Source: an uncultured Lachnospiraceae bacterium (GTDB taxonomy: Bacteria; Bacillota; Clostridia; Lachnospirales; Lachnospiraceae). From it: 64,000 nt of DNA. The position numbers and the translations under genes were made by a program. The notes beneath the pieces are model-generated. The model saw only the letters and a program-made list of their open reading frames with translations. It searched no databases and had not been told where the DNA came from. Location: the NCBI GenBank assembly GCA_944383545.1, contig CALWPY010000003.1, forward strand, positions 175,698-239,697, given 5' to 3'. This document shows positions 55,711-64,000 of the stretch, piece by piece; the first letter of the stretch is position 1, and each line of letters starts with the position of its first letter.

Positions 55711-58700
55711 ATGAAACATTTAGGTATAGACATTGGCTCAACTACGGTCAAGGTTGCCGTAATAGATGAAAGCCATAAGATATTATTTTCAGAATACAAG
55801 AGACATTTTGCAAACATCAAAGAAACTCTTAAGGAGCTTGTGGACCTTGCAAAAGAAAAGCTTGGTGACATAAAGGTTGCTCCTACCATTACAGGCTCGG
55901 GCGGTCTTGCCCTCTCAAAGGTAATAGGTATTCCTTTTGAGCAGGAGGTAGTATGTGTTACAGAAGCTCTTCAGGACTATGCTCCTCGTACAGATGTAGC
56001 TATAGAACTGGGCGGCGAGGACGCTAAAATCATTTATTTTACAAATGGTGTCGAGCAGCGTATGAACGGTGTATGTGCCGGAGGTACCGGCTCATTTATA
56101 GACCAGATGGCATCTCTTTTAATGACTGACGCTTCAGGTCTTAATGAATATGCCAAAGATTATGATACCATATACCCTATTGCGGCCCGCTGTGGTGTAT
56201 TTGCAAAGACAGACATACAGCCTCTGATTAATGAAGGTGCAACAAAACCAAACCTTGCAGCTTCAATCTTTCAGGCTGTTGTAAACCAAACCATAAGTGG
56301 TCTTGCCTGCGGAAAGCCAATTAAGGGAAATGTAGCTTTTCTGGGTGGTCCTCTTCACTTTTTAGACCAGCTGAGAGAAGCATTTATAAGAACTCTAAAT
56401 CTTACCGGAGATGCAATAATTGCTCCGCCGCATTCACATCTTTTTGCGGCAGTAGGAGCTGCCCTGCATGCAGATGATAATGTTACTTTTACACTTGATG
56501 ATATCAGCAGCCGTCTCACACCGGATTTAAAAATCGAGGTTGCAGTTGACAGACTTGCTCCTCTTTTTGAAAATCAGGAGGCTTATGATAAGTTTATAGA
56601 AAAACAGTCAAAGTATCATGTTAAGAGAGGCTCTCTTAAGGATTACAGAGGAAACTGTTATCTGGGAATTGATGCCGGCTCCACCACCACAAAGGTAGCA
56701 CTTGTAGGTGAAGACGGTGAACTTCTCTATGACTTTTACAGCAATAACGACGGTAGTCCGTTAAACACGACAAAACGTGCAATGCTTGAAATATATGATT
56801 TGCTCCCTGAAGGAGCTCATATTGCCGCAGGATGCTCCACAGGTTACGGTGAAGCCTTAATGAAATCAGCCTTCATGCTGGATTACGGTGAGGTTGAAAC
56901 CATAGCTCATTACACCGCTGCCGCTTTCTTTAATTCTGACGTGGATTGTATACTTGATATCGGCGGCCAGGACATGAAGTGTATAAAAATTAAAAACGGC
57001 GTTGTAGATAACGTAATGCTTAATGAAGCCTGTTCTTCAGGATGTGGCTCATTTATCGAAACCTTTGCCAAATCACTTAATTACAGTGTGGAAGATTTTG
57101 CCAAGGTGGCTCTTTTTGCCGAAAGTCCTATTGACCTCGGCTCAAGATGTACCGTATTTATGAATTCAAAGGTTAAGCAGGCACAAAAGGAAGGTGCTTC
57201 CGTGGCTGATATATCAGCAGGACTTGCCTATTCCGTTATTAAAAACGCACTGCTTAAGGTTATAAAACTTACAGACCCTAAGGATTTAGGTAAAGTAATA
57301 GTAGTTCAGGGCGGAACATTTTATAATGATGCCGTTTTAAGAAGTTTTGAACTTATTTCGGGACGTGAAGCCATAAGACCTGATATTTCGGGAATTATGG
57401 GCGCTTTCGGTGCCGCTCTTATAGCAAGGGATAAATATACGGCAGGTGACGCAACAAATATTCTTTCAAAAGAAGAAGTTGAAAACCTTACATACGAAAC
57501 CCGTATGTCACGATGCAAGGGCTGTACCAATAACTGTCTGCTTACAATCAACAGATTTAACAACGGCCGCCAGTTTATCACGGGAAACCGTTGTGAAAAA
57601 GGTATAGGTCTTAAGAAAAATCAGCACAACGCTCCTAATCTGTTTGAGTATAAATATCACAGAACATTTGATTACGAGCCTCTTTCACCGGCTGAAGCAA
57701 CCCGTGGAGAAATAGGTATACCGAGAGTTCTTAATATGTATGAGAACTATCCTTTCTGGTTTACCTTCCTTACTGATTTAAAATACAGGGTTATACTCTC
57801 TCCTAAATCCTCTCACGAGATTTATACGCTCGGAATAGAGTCTATTCCAAGTGAATCAGAGTGTTACCCTGCAAAAATTGCACACGGTCATGTTATGTGG
57901 CTTCTTAAGAACGGAATTAAGACCATATTCTATCCTTGTGTACCTTATGAGATGAACGAGACACCTGATGCCAATAACCATTACAACTGTCCTATCGTCA
58001 CCTCATATGCAGAAAATATAAAGAATAACATGGAAGAAATTTCTGCTCCAGACATAACTTATATCAGACCATTCCTTGCACTTGACAATAAGTCGGCACT
58101 TATTGAAAGACTTTACCGTGAATTCAGTAAATACACAGATGTTACGGAAGAAGAAATTTCAGATGCCATAGAACATGCTTATAAAGAAAATGATAATGTA
58201 CGTGACGACATAAGAAAAAAAGGTGAAGAAACCATTAAATATCTCGAAGAAAATGACAAACTGGGAATTGTTCTTGCAGGTCGTCCATATCATATTGACC
58301 CTGAGATAAACCACGGTCTTCCTGAGCTTATAAATTCTTATGACGTTGCAGTACTTACGGAAGAATCCGTTGCTCATCTGGGCAAGGTCGACAGACCTCT
58401 TATAGTATCCGACCAGTGGATGTATCACTCACGTCTTTATAAGGCGGCAAACTACGTCAAGACAAGCAGAAATCTTGAGCTTATCCAGTTAAACTCTTTC
58501 GGCTGCGGTCTGGATGCCGTAACTACTGACTGCGTAAGTGATATTTTAACAAAATCAGGAAAGATATATACAGTACTTAAGATTGATGAAGTAAGTAATC
58601 TCGGCGCTGCACGTATACGTATACGTTCTCTTTTAAGTGCAGTTGAAGTAAGAAGGAAAAAATGCTTTGTACCTGAGCCTTCTTCAAGTGCCATAAATAA

Positions 58701-59931
58701 GGTCGAGTTTACAAAAGAAATGCGTAAGGATTATACCGTACTCTGCCCTCAGATGTCACCAATCCATTTCAGCTTACTTGAGCCGGCATTAAAGCATCTT
58801 CACATCAATTTTGAAATGCTTCCTGACGCAGATAAGGAAACCATAAATACTGGGCTTAAATATGTAAACAACGACGCATGCTATCCTTCACTTATAGTTG
58901 TAGGTCAGATTATGAGCGCTCTCAATTCCGGTAAATATGACCCAAATAAAGTAGCATTTGCCATTACACAGACAGGAGGAGGATGCCGTGCAACCAATTA
59001 TATCGGATTTATCCGACGTGCACTTGCAAAATCAGGCTACCCTCAGGTGCCGGTAATAGGAATAAGTGCTCAGGGACTTGAATCAAATTCAGGCTTTAAA
59101 TACAATTTAAAGGGAATCAAGTGTGCAATGCACGCTCTCATATACGGTGATATATTTATGAAGGTGCTTTATCGTACACGTCCTTACGAGCTTGTAGAGG
59201 GCTCTGCCAATAAATTACATGAAAAATGGGAGCAGATTTGTATTAATGATTTGAAAAAGGGCTCACATCACTTTAGAAAGATTGTCCGCGGAATAATCCG
59301 TGAATTTGATGAGCTTCCTTTAAACGAAGAGCTTAAAAAACCTCGTGTAGGTATAGTCGGAGAAATACTTGTAAAGTTCTCTCCTTCAGCAAATAACCAC
59401 CTCGTAGAGCTTTTAGAGTCAGAAGGTGCCGAAGCTGTTATGCCGGATTTACTGGACTTTTTACTCTACTGCGCATATAACGCAAATTATAAATTTGAGT
59501 TTCTTGGAAAATCAAAGAAATCCAAGGATATAAGCAACCTTGTAATATGGTTTCTTGAAAAAATAAGACAGCCTGCTTCAAAGGCACTTGAAAAGAGTAA
59601 GCGTTTTACACCGCCTGCACATATTAAAGACCTTGCAGAAGGAGCAAAACCTATTGTTTCCATAGGTAACCAGACAGGTGAAGGCTGGTTTTTAACTGCT
59701 GAAATGGTTGAACTTATAAAGTCAGGCGCGCCTAACATCGTGTGTGCACAGCCATTTGCATGTCTCCCTAACCATATTGTCGGAAAGGGTGTTATTAAAG
59801 AGCTCAGAAAAGCTTATCCTGATTCCAACATAGTTGCAATCGACTATGACCCGGGAGCTTCTGAGGTTAACCAGGTAAACCGTATCAAGCTCATGCTTGC
59901 AGCAGCAAAGAAAAACATGGCAAATGAATAA
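55711..59931 (+). CDS. Acyl-CoA dehydratase activase-related fusion protein: two BcrAD/BadFG ATPase domains, a Cys-rich linker and two dehydratase-like (DUF2229-type) domains
   Basis: Two ASKHA starts are present, [15 protein letters not shown] and [15 protein letters not shown]. Each has paired cluster-type Cys contexts: [18 protein letters not shown] and [18 protein letters not shown]. The linker reads [30 protein letters not shown]. The C-terminal half has the motifs [29 protein letters not shown] and [11 protein letters not shown]. Confidence 0.8.
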   Translation: MKHLGIDIGSTTVKVAVIDESHKILFSEYKRHFANIKETLKELVDLAKEKLGDIKVAPTITGSGGLALSKVIGIPFEQEVVCVTEALQDYAPRTDVAIELGGEDAKIIYFTNGVEQRMNGVCAGGTGSFIDQMASLLMTDASGLNEYAKDYDTIYPIAARCGVFAKTDIQPLINEGATKPNLAASIFQAVVNQTISGLACGKPIKGNVAFLGGPLHFLDQLREAFIRTLNLTGDAIIAPPHSHLFAAVGAALHADDNVTFTLDDISSRLTPDLKIEVAVDRLAPLFENQEAYDKFIEKQSKYHVKRGSLKDYRGNCYLGIDAGSTTTKVALVGEDGELLYDFYSNNDGSPLNTTKRAMLEIYDLLPEGAHIAAGCSTGYGEALMKSAFMLDYGEVETIAHYTAAAFFNSDVDCILDIGGQDMKCIKIKNGVVDNVMLNEACSSGCGSFIETFAKSLNYSVEDFAKVALFAESPIDLGSRCTVFMNSKVKQAQKEGASVADISAGLAYSVIKNALLKVIKLTDPKDLGKVIVVQGGTFYNDAVLRSFELISGREAIRPDISGIMGAFGAALIARDKYTAGDATNILSKEEVENLTYETRMSRCKGCTNNCLLTINRFNNGRQFITGNRCEKGIGLKKNQHNAPNLFEYKYHRTFDYEPLSPAEATRGEIGIPRVLNMYENYPFWFTFLTDLKYRVILSPKSSHEIYTLGIESIPSESECYPAKIAHGHVMWLLKNGIKTIFYPCVPYEMNETPDANNHYNCPIVTSYAENIKNNMEEISAPDITYIRPFLALDNKSALIERLYREFSKYTDVTEEEISDAIEHAYKENDNVRDDIRKKGEETIKYLEENDKLGIVLAGRPYHIDPEINHGLPELINSYDVAVLTEESVAHLGKVDRPLIVSDQWMYHSRLYKAANYVKTSRNLELIQLNSFGCGLDAVTTDCVSDILTKSGKIYTVLKIDEVSNLGAARIRIRSLLSAVEVRRKKCFVPEPSSSAINKVEFTKEMRKDYTVLCPQMSPIHFSLLEPALKHLHINFEMLPDADKETINTGLKYVNNDACYPSLIVVGQIMSALNSGKYDPNKVAFAITQTGGGCRATNYIGFIRRALAKSGYPQVPVIGISAQGLESNSGFKYNLKGIKCAMHALIYGDIFMKVLYRTRPYELVEGSANKLHEKWEQICINDLKKGSHHFRKIVRGIIREFDELPLNEELKKPRVGIVGEILVKFSPSANNHLVELLESEGAEAVMPDLLDFLLYCAYNANYKFEFLGKSKKSKDISNLVIWFLEKIRQPASKALEKSKRFTPPAHIKDLAEGAKPIVSIGNQTGEGWFLTAEMVELIKSGAPNIVCAQPFACLPNHIVGKGVIKELRKAYPDSNIVAIDYDPGASEVNQVNRIKLMLAAAKKNMANE

Positions 59932-59945
59932 ACTCTTAATATAAT

Positions 59946-59998
59946 AAAATAAGCATCTGCCTTATGATTTAACATTCATTTTGGCAGATGCTTATTTT
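59946..59998. terminator. Bidirectional terminator between the activase-like gene and the GNAT gene
   Basis: 16-bp stem pairing 59946-59961 with 59983-59998 (AAAATAAGCATCTGCC / GGCAGATGCTTATTTT). Confidence 0.85.
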
Positions 59999-60008
59999 AT
60001 ATATTTTC

Positions 60009-60428
60009 TCACATCTTAATATACTGAATCATACCGGGACCTAAATTTTCCGTAGGTCTTGCAATAAAACCATGCTTTTTATAAAACTCCTCACGCCCTA
60101 ATGCACACATAAGGCAGAGCATCATTTCATTTCCGTCTGATTTCAGTGATGCTGCAAAATTTTTCAGTTTTTCTATAATCATAGAGCCGACTCCGTTTCT
60201 TTGCACCTCAGGAATTATTATAAGGTCCTGAATATAAGAAATCACGGCTCCGTCTCCCACGATTCTTCCCATTCCTACCAGTTTGTCATCATCATATGCC
60301 GTAACTATGTAAAGACTTCCTTTTATTGCGTTTTCAGCCTGCTTAACTCCAAGTCTCTTCCAGCCCACACATTCCCTGAGTTTCAGATAATCACTGACGG
60401 TAAGCGTATTTTCTTCAAGCGTTATCAT
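60009..60428 (-). CDS. GNAT-family N-acetyltransferase
   Basis: 139 aa with acetyl-CoA motif [15 protein letters not shown]. 4-nt overlap with hisF. Confidence 0.8.
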   Translation of the reverse strand: MITLEENTLTVSDYLKLRECVGWKRLGVKQAENAIKGSLYIVTAYDDDKLVGMGRIVGDGAVISYIQDLIIIPEVQRNGVGSMIIEKLKNFAASLKSDGNEMMLCLMCALGREEFYKKHGFIARPTENLGPGMIQYIKM

Positions 60429-61186
60429 AATCTCACACTGATTCCTCTCTCGTTAAGATATTTTTTAAGCTCAAGGATTTTAAGCTCTTTATAATGAAAA
60501 AGTGATGCTGCAAGTGCCGCATCTGCCTTTCCTTCCGAAAGTGCATCATAAAAATGGGATTTTTTTCCGGCTCCGCCCGAAGCTATAACAGGAACAGAAA
60601 CATTCTCGGATATTATTCTGGTAAGCTCTACGTCATATCCTTCTTTTGTCCCGTCACAGTCCATACTTGTAAGCAGGATTTCTCCCGCCCCGAGCTTATC
60701 TGCCGTCATTGCCCATTCTACCGCATCAATACCCATATCGATACGTCCGCCGTTTTTATATATATTCCAGCCGCTTCCGTCATCCCTTCTTCTTGCGTCG
60801 ATGGCAACTACTACGCACTGGCTTCCGAATTTATCTGCGGCCTCGCTTATAAGGCGAGGATTATCTATTGCCGCTGAATTTACGGAAACCTTATCTGCTC
60901 CTTCTCTTAAAATAGTTTTAAAATCCTCAACTGTTCTTATTCCACCGCCAACGGTGAATGGTATAAATACAGTTTCTGCAACCCTTCTTACCATATCCAC
61001 CACAATGTTTCTGGAATCTGAAGAAGCTGTTATATCCAGAAATACGAGCTCATCCGCTCCCGCCTTGTCATATGCGGCGGCTACCTCAACGGGGTCTCCG
61101 GCATCCTTAAGGTTAACAAAATTTATTCCTTTTACAACCCTTCCGTTATTTACGTCCAGACATGGAATTATTCTTTTTGTATGCAT
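60425..61186 (-). CDS. hisF: Imidazole glycerol phosphate synthase, cyclase subunit HisF (or a paralogue)
   Basis: [17 protein letters not shown]...[11 protein letters not shown]...SGGAG. It aligns by eye to HisF along its full length. Confidence 0.9.
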   Translation of the reverse strand: MHTKRIIPCLDVNNGRVVKGINFVNLKDAGDPVEVAAAYDKAGADELVFLDITASSDSRNIVVDMVRRVAETVFIPFTVGGGIRTVEDFKTILREGADKVSVNSAAIDNPRLISEAADKFGSQCVVVAIDARRRDDGSGWNIYKNGGRIDMGIDAVEWAMTADKLGAGEILLTSMDCDGTKEGYDVELTRIISENVSVPVIASGGAGKKSHFYDALSEGKADAALAASLFHYKELKILELKKYLNERGISVRL

Positions 61187-61215
61187 AATTTATCTCCTTT
61201 TCAGTGGTAATAATA

Positions 61216-61821
61216 TTAAATTGCCATAAAATTCTCAAGTATTTTTAATCCCACTGCCGAACTCTTCTCAGGATGGAACTGACAGGCAAAAATATTACCT
61301 TTTTCTACTGCGGCATCAATATCTGTAGAATAAAATGTACTTGCCGCTACATCTTCTCTGTTTTCTGCCCTGAGATAATAGGAATGTACAAAATATACAT
61401 AGGAATTATCCGGTATTCCGCTTAACAGTTTCTTTTCTTTATTTATGTTTATATTATTCCAGCCTATATGAGGGATTTTAATCCCCGGTTTATCAGGAAT
61501 CCTTAATATTTCCCCATCCAGAAGTCCAAGCCCTGTAGCTCCCGGACTTTCTTCACTGGTCTTAAATAAAAGCTGAAGTCCCAGACATATGCCTAAAAAA
61601 GGTTTTCCGGCATCTGCCACATCATAAATTACATTTTCCAGTTTGTATTCCCTTATTTTATTCATTGCATCGCCAAATGCACCTACTCCGGGAAGTATAA
61701 CTCTGTCACTTGACATTATTACATCTCTGTCCCTCGTAATAACAGCTTCCTGTCCCAGATAAATAAGAGCCTTTTCAACACTTTTTATATTTCCTGCGTC
61801 ATAATCAATTATAGCTATCAT
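61216..61821 (-). CDS. hisH: Imidazole glycerol phosphate synthase, glutaminase subunit HisH (or a paralogue)
   Basis: Class I glutamine amidotransferase with nucleophile GICLGLQLL and the FHPEKS His/Glu motif. Confidence 0.9.
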   Translation of the reverse strand: MIAIIDYDAGNIKSVEKALIYLGQEAVITRDRDVIMSSDRVILPGVGAFGDAMNKIREYKLENVIYDVADAGKPFLGICLGLQLLFKTSEESPGATGLGLLDGEILRIPDKPGIKIPHIGWNNININKEKKLLSGIPDNSYVYFVHSYYLRAENREDVAASTFYSTDIDAAVEKGNIFACQFHPEKSSAVGLKILENFMAI

Positions 61822-61902
61822 ATTATGTAATTTCCTTCCGGTAATTTTTCTTCTGACAGATTAAGGTGCTGCCTGCAAAACAGACAACACCTTTTAATTA
61901 CA

Positions 61903-62127
61903 TTATTCTGCCTGTTCAATATAATATGAGCCTGTCTCATCTTCATTAAACACGCAATACACCTTATTATCTTCAGGCTTAACATATAATTTCATTGACT
62001 TTAAGTCCGAAGCTTTGTTTCCCATATCTGTCCAGAGTTTTTTAGCATCACTGATAAATTTTTTTTCGTCAATCTGGTTGCCGTAAAATTCAATAAACAC
62101 ATTAGCTTTCATATCATTTACCTCCAC
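61903..62127 (-). CDS. Small hypothetical protein (74 aa)
   Basis: ORF with an SD-like GGAGG region upstream. No motif recognised. Confidence 0.5.
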   Translation of the reverse strand: MEVNDMKANVFIEFYGNQIDEKKFISDAKKLWTDMGNKASDLKSMKLYVKPEDNKVYCVFNEDETGSYYIEQAE

Positions 62128-62224
62128 TCATTAAAAATCAGTTTTTATAATGAAATAACAAAACTACATATTATTGATATAATAACTATATATAAATCAC
62201 TGTCAAAAGTCAATCAAGAAAATT

Positions 62225-63730
62225 TTAATCCTGATTTTCCGTTTTATTATGATTTGTTTCAATCACTTCACCTTTGGTATCAGAAGAATCAAGTTCAAAA
62301 TAAAATACAACTCCGTCACAAACATTATATACTCCATACTCCTTATTATGAGCTTCCATTGCTGCCGCAACTATGGAGAGACCGATTCCAGAGCCGCCGT
62401 ATTCTCTTGTTCTTGCCTTATCTGCCTTATAAAATTTAATAAACACCTTATCTATATCATCTTCTGCAATCGGCTCTCCCTGATTATATACATTTACACG
62501 GACCGTCGTTTCCTTCCTGTCTATCCATACCTTTATTTTTCCGCCTTCAGTCACATAATGAATGGCATTAGTAAGGTAATTTGTAAACACTTCTTCCATC
62601 ATAAACTCATCAGCCCAGACATACAGAGGACCTTCCTCATTAAATTCAATCTCAGCCTGTGACTGTTCAATAAGAATGGACGAAGAATTTATTACATCCT
62701 CAAGAAATTCAATAAGCTCAAAACGCTCTATGGTAATACTGTTGTTTCCAAATTCAATCTCATTTAAATCCAGAAGCTTCTTAACCAGCATATTCATTTT
62801 ATTTGATTCATCTATAATTACATCACAATAAAACTCCATGCTTTCAGGGTCATCCGAGATATTATCCTTAAGCCCTTCTGCATAACCCTGAATAAGAGCT
62901 ATAGGAGTTTTTAACTCATGAGATACATGAGATAAGAATTCCTTTCTCATTTCATCAATCTGGTTTTTCTTCTTTATGTCCTTCTCCAGCTTGATATTTG
63001 CGACCTTAAGTTCTGATATCGTTTCCTCAAGTTTTTCTGACATCTCATTCATACTTGAGCCAAGCTCACCTATCTCATCATTTGTTATGACATCAATTTT
63101 TGCATCAAAATCCAGATTAGCCATACGTTTCGCCACAAATGACATATGTCTGATTGGTCCTGAGAACACATTGGTAATAACAAGTATAATTATTGTTCCC
63201 ACCAAAAGCATTGCCATTGCAACGCAGACAAAGAGCTTTGTCACAAATGCAACCTGGGTATTAACCTGTTCTATCGGACTTCTAAGTATTATCAGATAGC
63301 CATTATCCATAATCCCGATAAGGTCAAAATATGCAATACCCATATTTTCATCATAGCTTCTTCTGATAGTATATTTTTTCACGCCCTCAAAATCAGAAGC
63401 ATCATAATCATCCAATATATCCTGAAGACTTATTCTGACCTTCTCACTTATTTTAATGGAAGAATATATATTCATCTCGGTATCAATAACAAATACCGTA
63501 GCGCCTGCCGGGTTATCAATATATCCGTACAAACCTCCGTCCTGGGTACTTCCTTCTCCTTCATTAAAAAGGTCATTACAGGAATAATAGGTACTAATCA
63601 GATTATTTTTAATATTATGGATAAAATAATATTCAATAAAAAAATTGCATATTGCCCATGACGCAAGAATTGTAAATGTTGAAAAGATAACAACCATCAA
63701 TGTAATTTTAATTCTTATAGAATTTCTCAT
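62225..63730 (-). CDS. Sensor histidine kinase (two TM helices, HAMP, HisKA, HATPase_c)
   Basis: H-box HVSHELKTPI and G2 box GGSGIGLSIV. The start is either the ATG at 63730 or the TTG at 63748; the TTG overlaps the response-regulator stop. Confidence 0.85.
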   Translation of the reverse strand: MRNSIRIKITLMVVIFSTFTILASWAICNFFIEYYFIHNIKNNLISTYYSCNDLFNEGEGSTQDGGLYGYIDNPAGATVFVIDTEMNIYSSIKISEKVRISLQDILDDYDASDFEGVKKYTIRRSYDENMGIAYFDLIGIMDNGYLIILRSPIEQVNTQVAFVTKLFVCVAMAMLLVGTIIILVITNVFSGPIRHMSFVAKRMANLDFDAKIDVITNDEIGELGSSMNEMSEKLEETISELKVANIKLEKDIKKKNQIDEMRKEFLSHVSHELKTPIALIQGYAEGLKDNISDDPESMEFYCDVIIDESNKMNMLVKKLLDLNEIEFGNNSITIERFELIEFLEDVINSSSILIEQSQAEIEFNEEGPLYVWADEFMMEEVFTNYLTNAIHYVTEGGKIKVWIDRKETTVRVNVYNQGEPIAEDDIDKVFIKFYKADKARTREYGGSGIGLSIVAAAMEAHNKEYGVYNVCDGVVFYFELDSSDTKGEVIETNHNKTENQD

Positions 63731-63744
63731 AATACCATATCCTG

Positions 63745-64000
63745 TCAAACTTCAAATTTATATCCCATGCCCCATATTGTTTTTATATAATCTCCCTTAT
63801 CTCCGAGCTTAGCTCTGAGTTTCTTTACATGTGTATCAATCGTTCTGGCATCTCCGAAATAATCATAATTCCATACATTATTTAATATTTTTTCTCTGGA
63901 CAATGCCACTCCCTGATTTACCATAAAGTAATTTAAGAGTTCAAATTCCTTAAAACTAAGTTCTATATCCTTATCGTCTATTGTGACCTTATGTGCAGAA
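63745..64000 (-). CDS. OmpR-family response regulator; only the C-terminal winged-helix part lies in the window
   Basis: My minus-strand translation reads ...IELSFKEFELLNYFMVNQGVALSREKILNNVWNYDYFGDARTIDTHVKKLRAKLGDKGDYIKTIWGMGYKFEV*. Confidence 0.85.
   Translation of the reverse strand, partial: SAHKVTIDDKDIELSFKEFELLNYFMVNQGVALSREKILNNVWNYDYFGDARTIDTHVKKLRAKLGDKGDYIKTIWGMGYKFEV

Noticed and set aside
61812-61840. dif-like ATTATGTAA motif near the hisH start.
   Set aside because: Only the XerD-side half resembles the Firmicute dif consensus, and the other arm and the central region do not match. The motif overlaps the hisH start codon and SD region. It is probably coincidental in AT-rich DNA.
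1-64000. Search for CRISPR arrays, rRNA or tRNA genes, IS elements or transposases, prophage genes, toxin-antitoxin pairs and known defence genes.
   Set aside because: I saw no regularly spaced direct repeats, no tRNA-like cloverleaf candidates in the intergenic gaps, and no transposase, integrase or phage-like ORFs. Every gap over 150 nt was inspected and is accounted for by promoters, terminators or the elements reported above. This was a by-eye survey, so tRNAscan, Infernal and a repeat finder should confirm it.

Overview
This is an AT-rich, almost fully coding stretch of chromosome from a spore-forming low-GC Firmicute, probably a Clostridia or Lachnospiraceae-like organism. That placement is inferred from gene content and synteny, not from a database search. 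I call 58 protein genes, about 85% of them on the minus strand. Most are housekeeping. They cover nucleotide, isoprenoid and translation functions (cmk, ispH-S1 fusion, rpsO, pnp, rpmB, rimO, rsmD, tmcAL). They also cover DNA maintenance (ftsK, xerD, recA-recX with a LexA box, recG) and C1/folate metabolism (fhs, folD). Aromatic, sulfur and histidine amino-acid genes are present (aroE-aroK fusion, aroC, metY, aspartate aminotransferase, hisH/hisF), as are envelope genes (dac, murI, pgsA, GT2-LicD-GT2). Sporulation markers are an alpha/beta SASP, YtfI/YtfJ, YlbJ and a SpoIIM-like protein. Two cellulose or cellodextrin enzymes are present, a GH5 endoglucanase and a GH94 phosphorylase. There is also a five-gene biotin-dependent Na+-pumping decarboxylase operon. 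I found no rRNA, tRNA, CRISPR array, transposase, prophage or recognisable defence island, so I cannot point to a clear-cut new multi-gene system. The items most worth follow-up are listed here. (1) An unassigned three-helix RNA-like element between rpsO and aroC. (2) An orphan consensus promoter plus terminator bracketing about 95 nt, a candidate sRNA. (3) A decarboxylase operon that carries both an acyl-CoA-type and an oxaloacetate-type carboxyltransferase, plus an OadG-like subunit fused to a lipoprotein domain. (4) A putative sporulation operon containing a histidine-free rhomboid-like membrane protein with a Cys/His tail and two unrecognisable proteins. (5) A stand-alone 1406-aa double-activase/dehydratase-like fusion protein. 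All functional calls rest on motifs read by eye in the supplied translations and on synteny. No searches were run.
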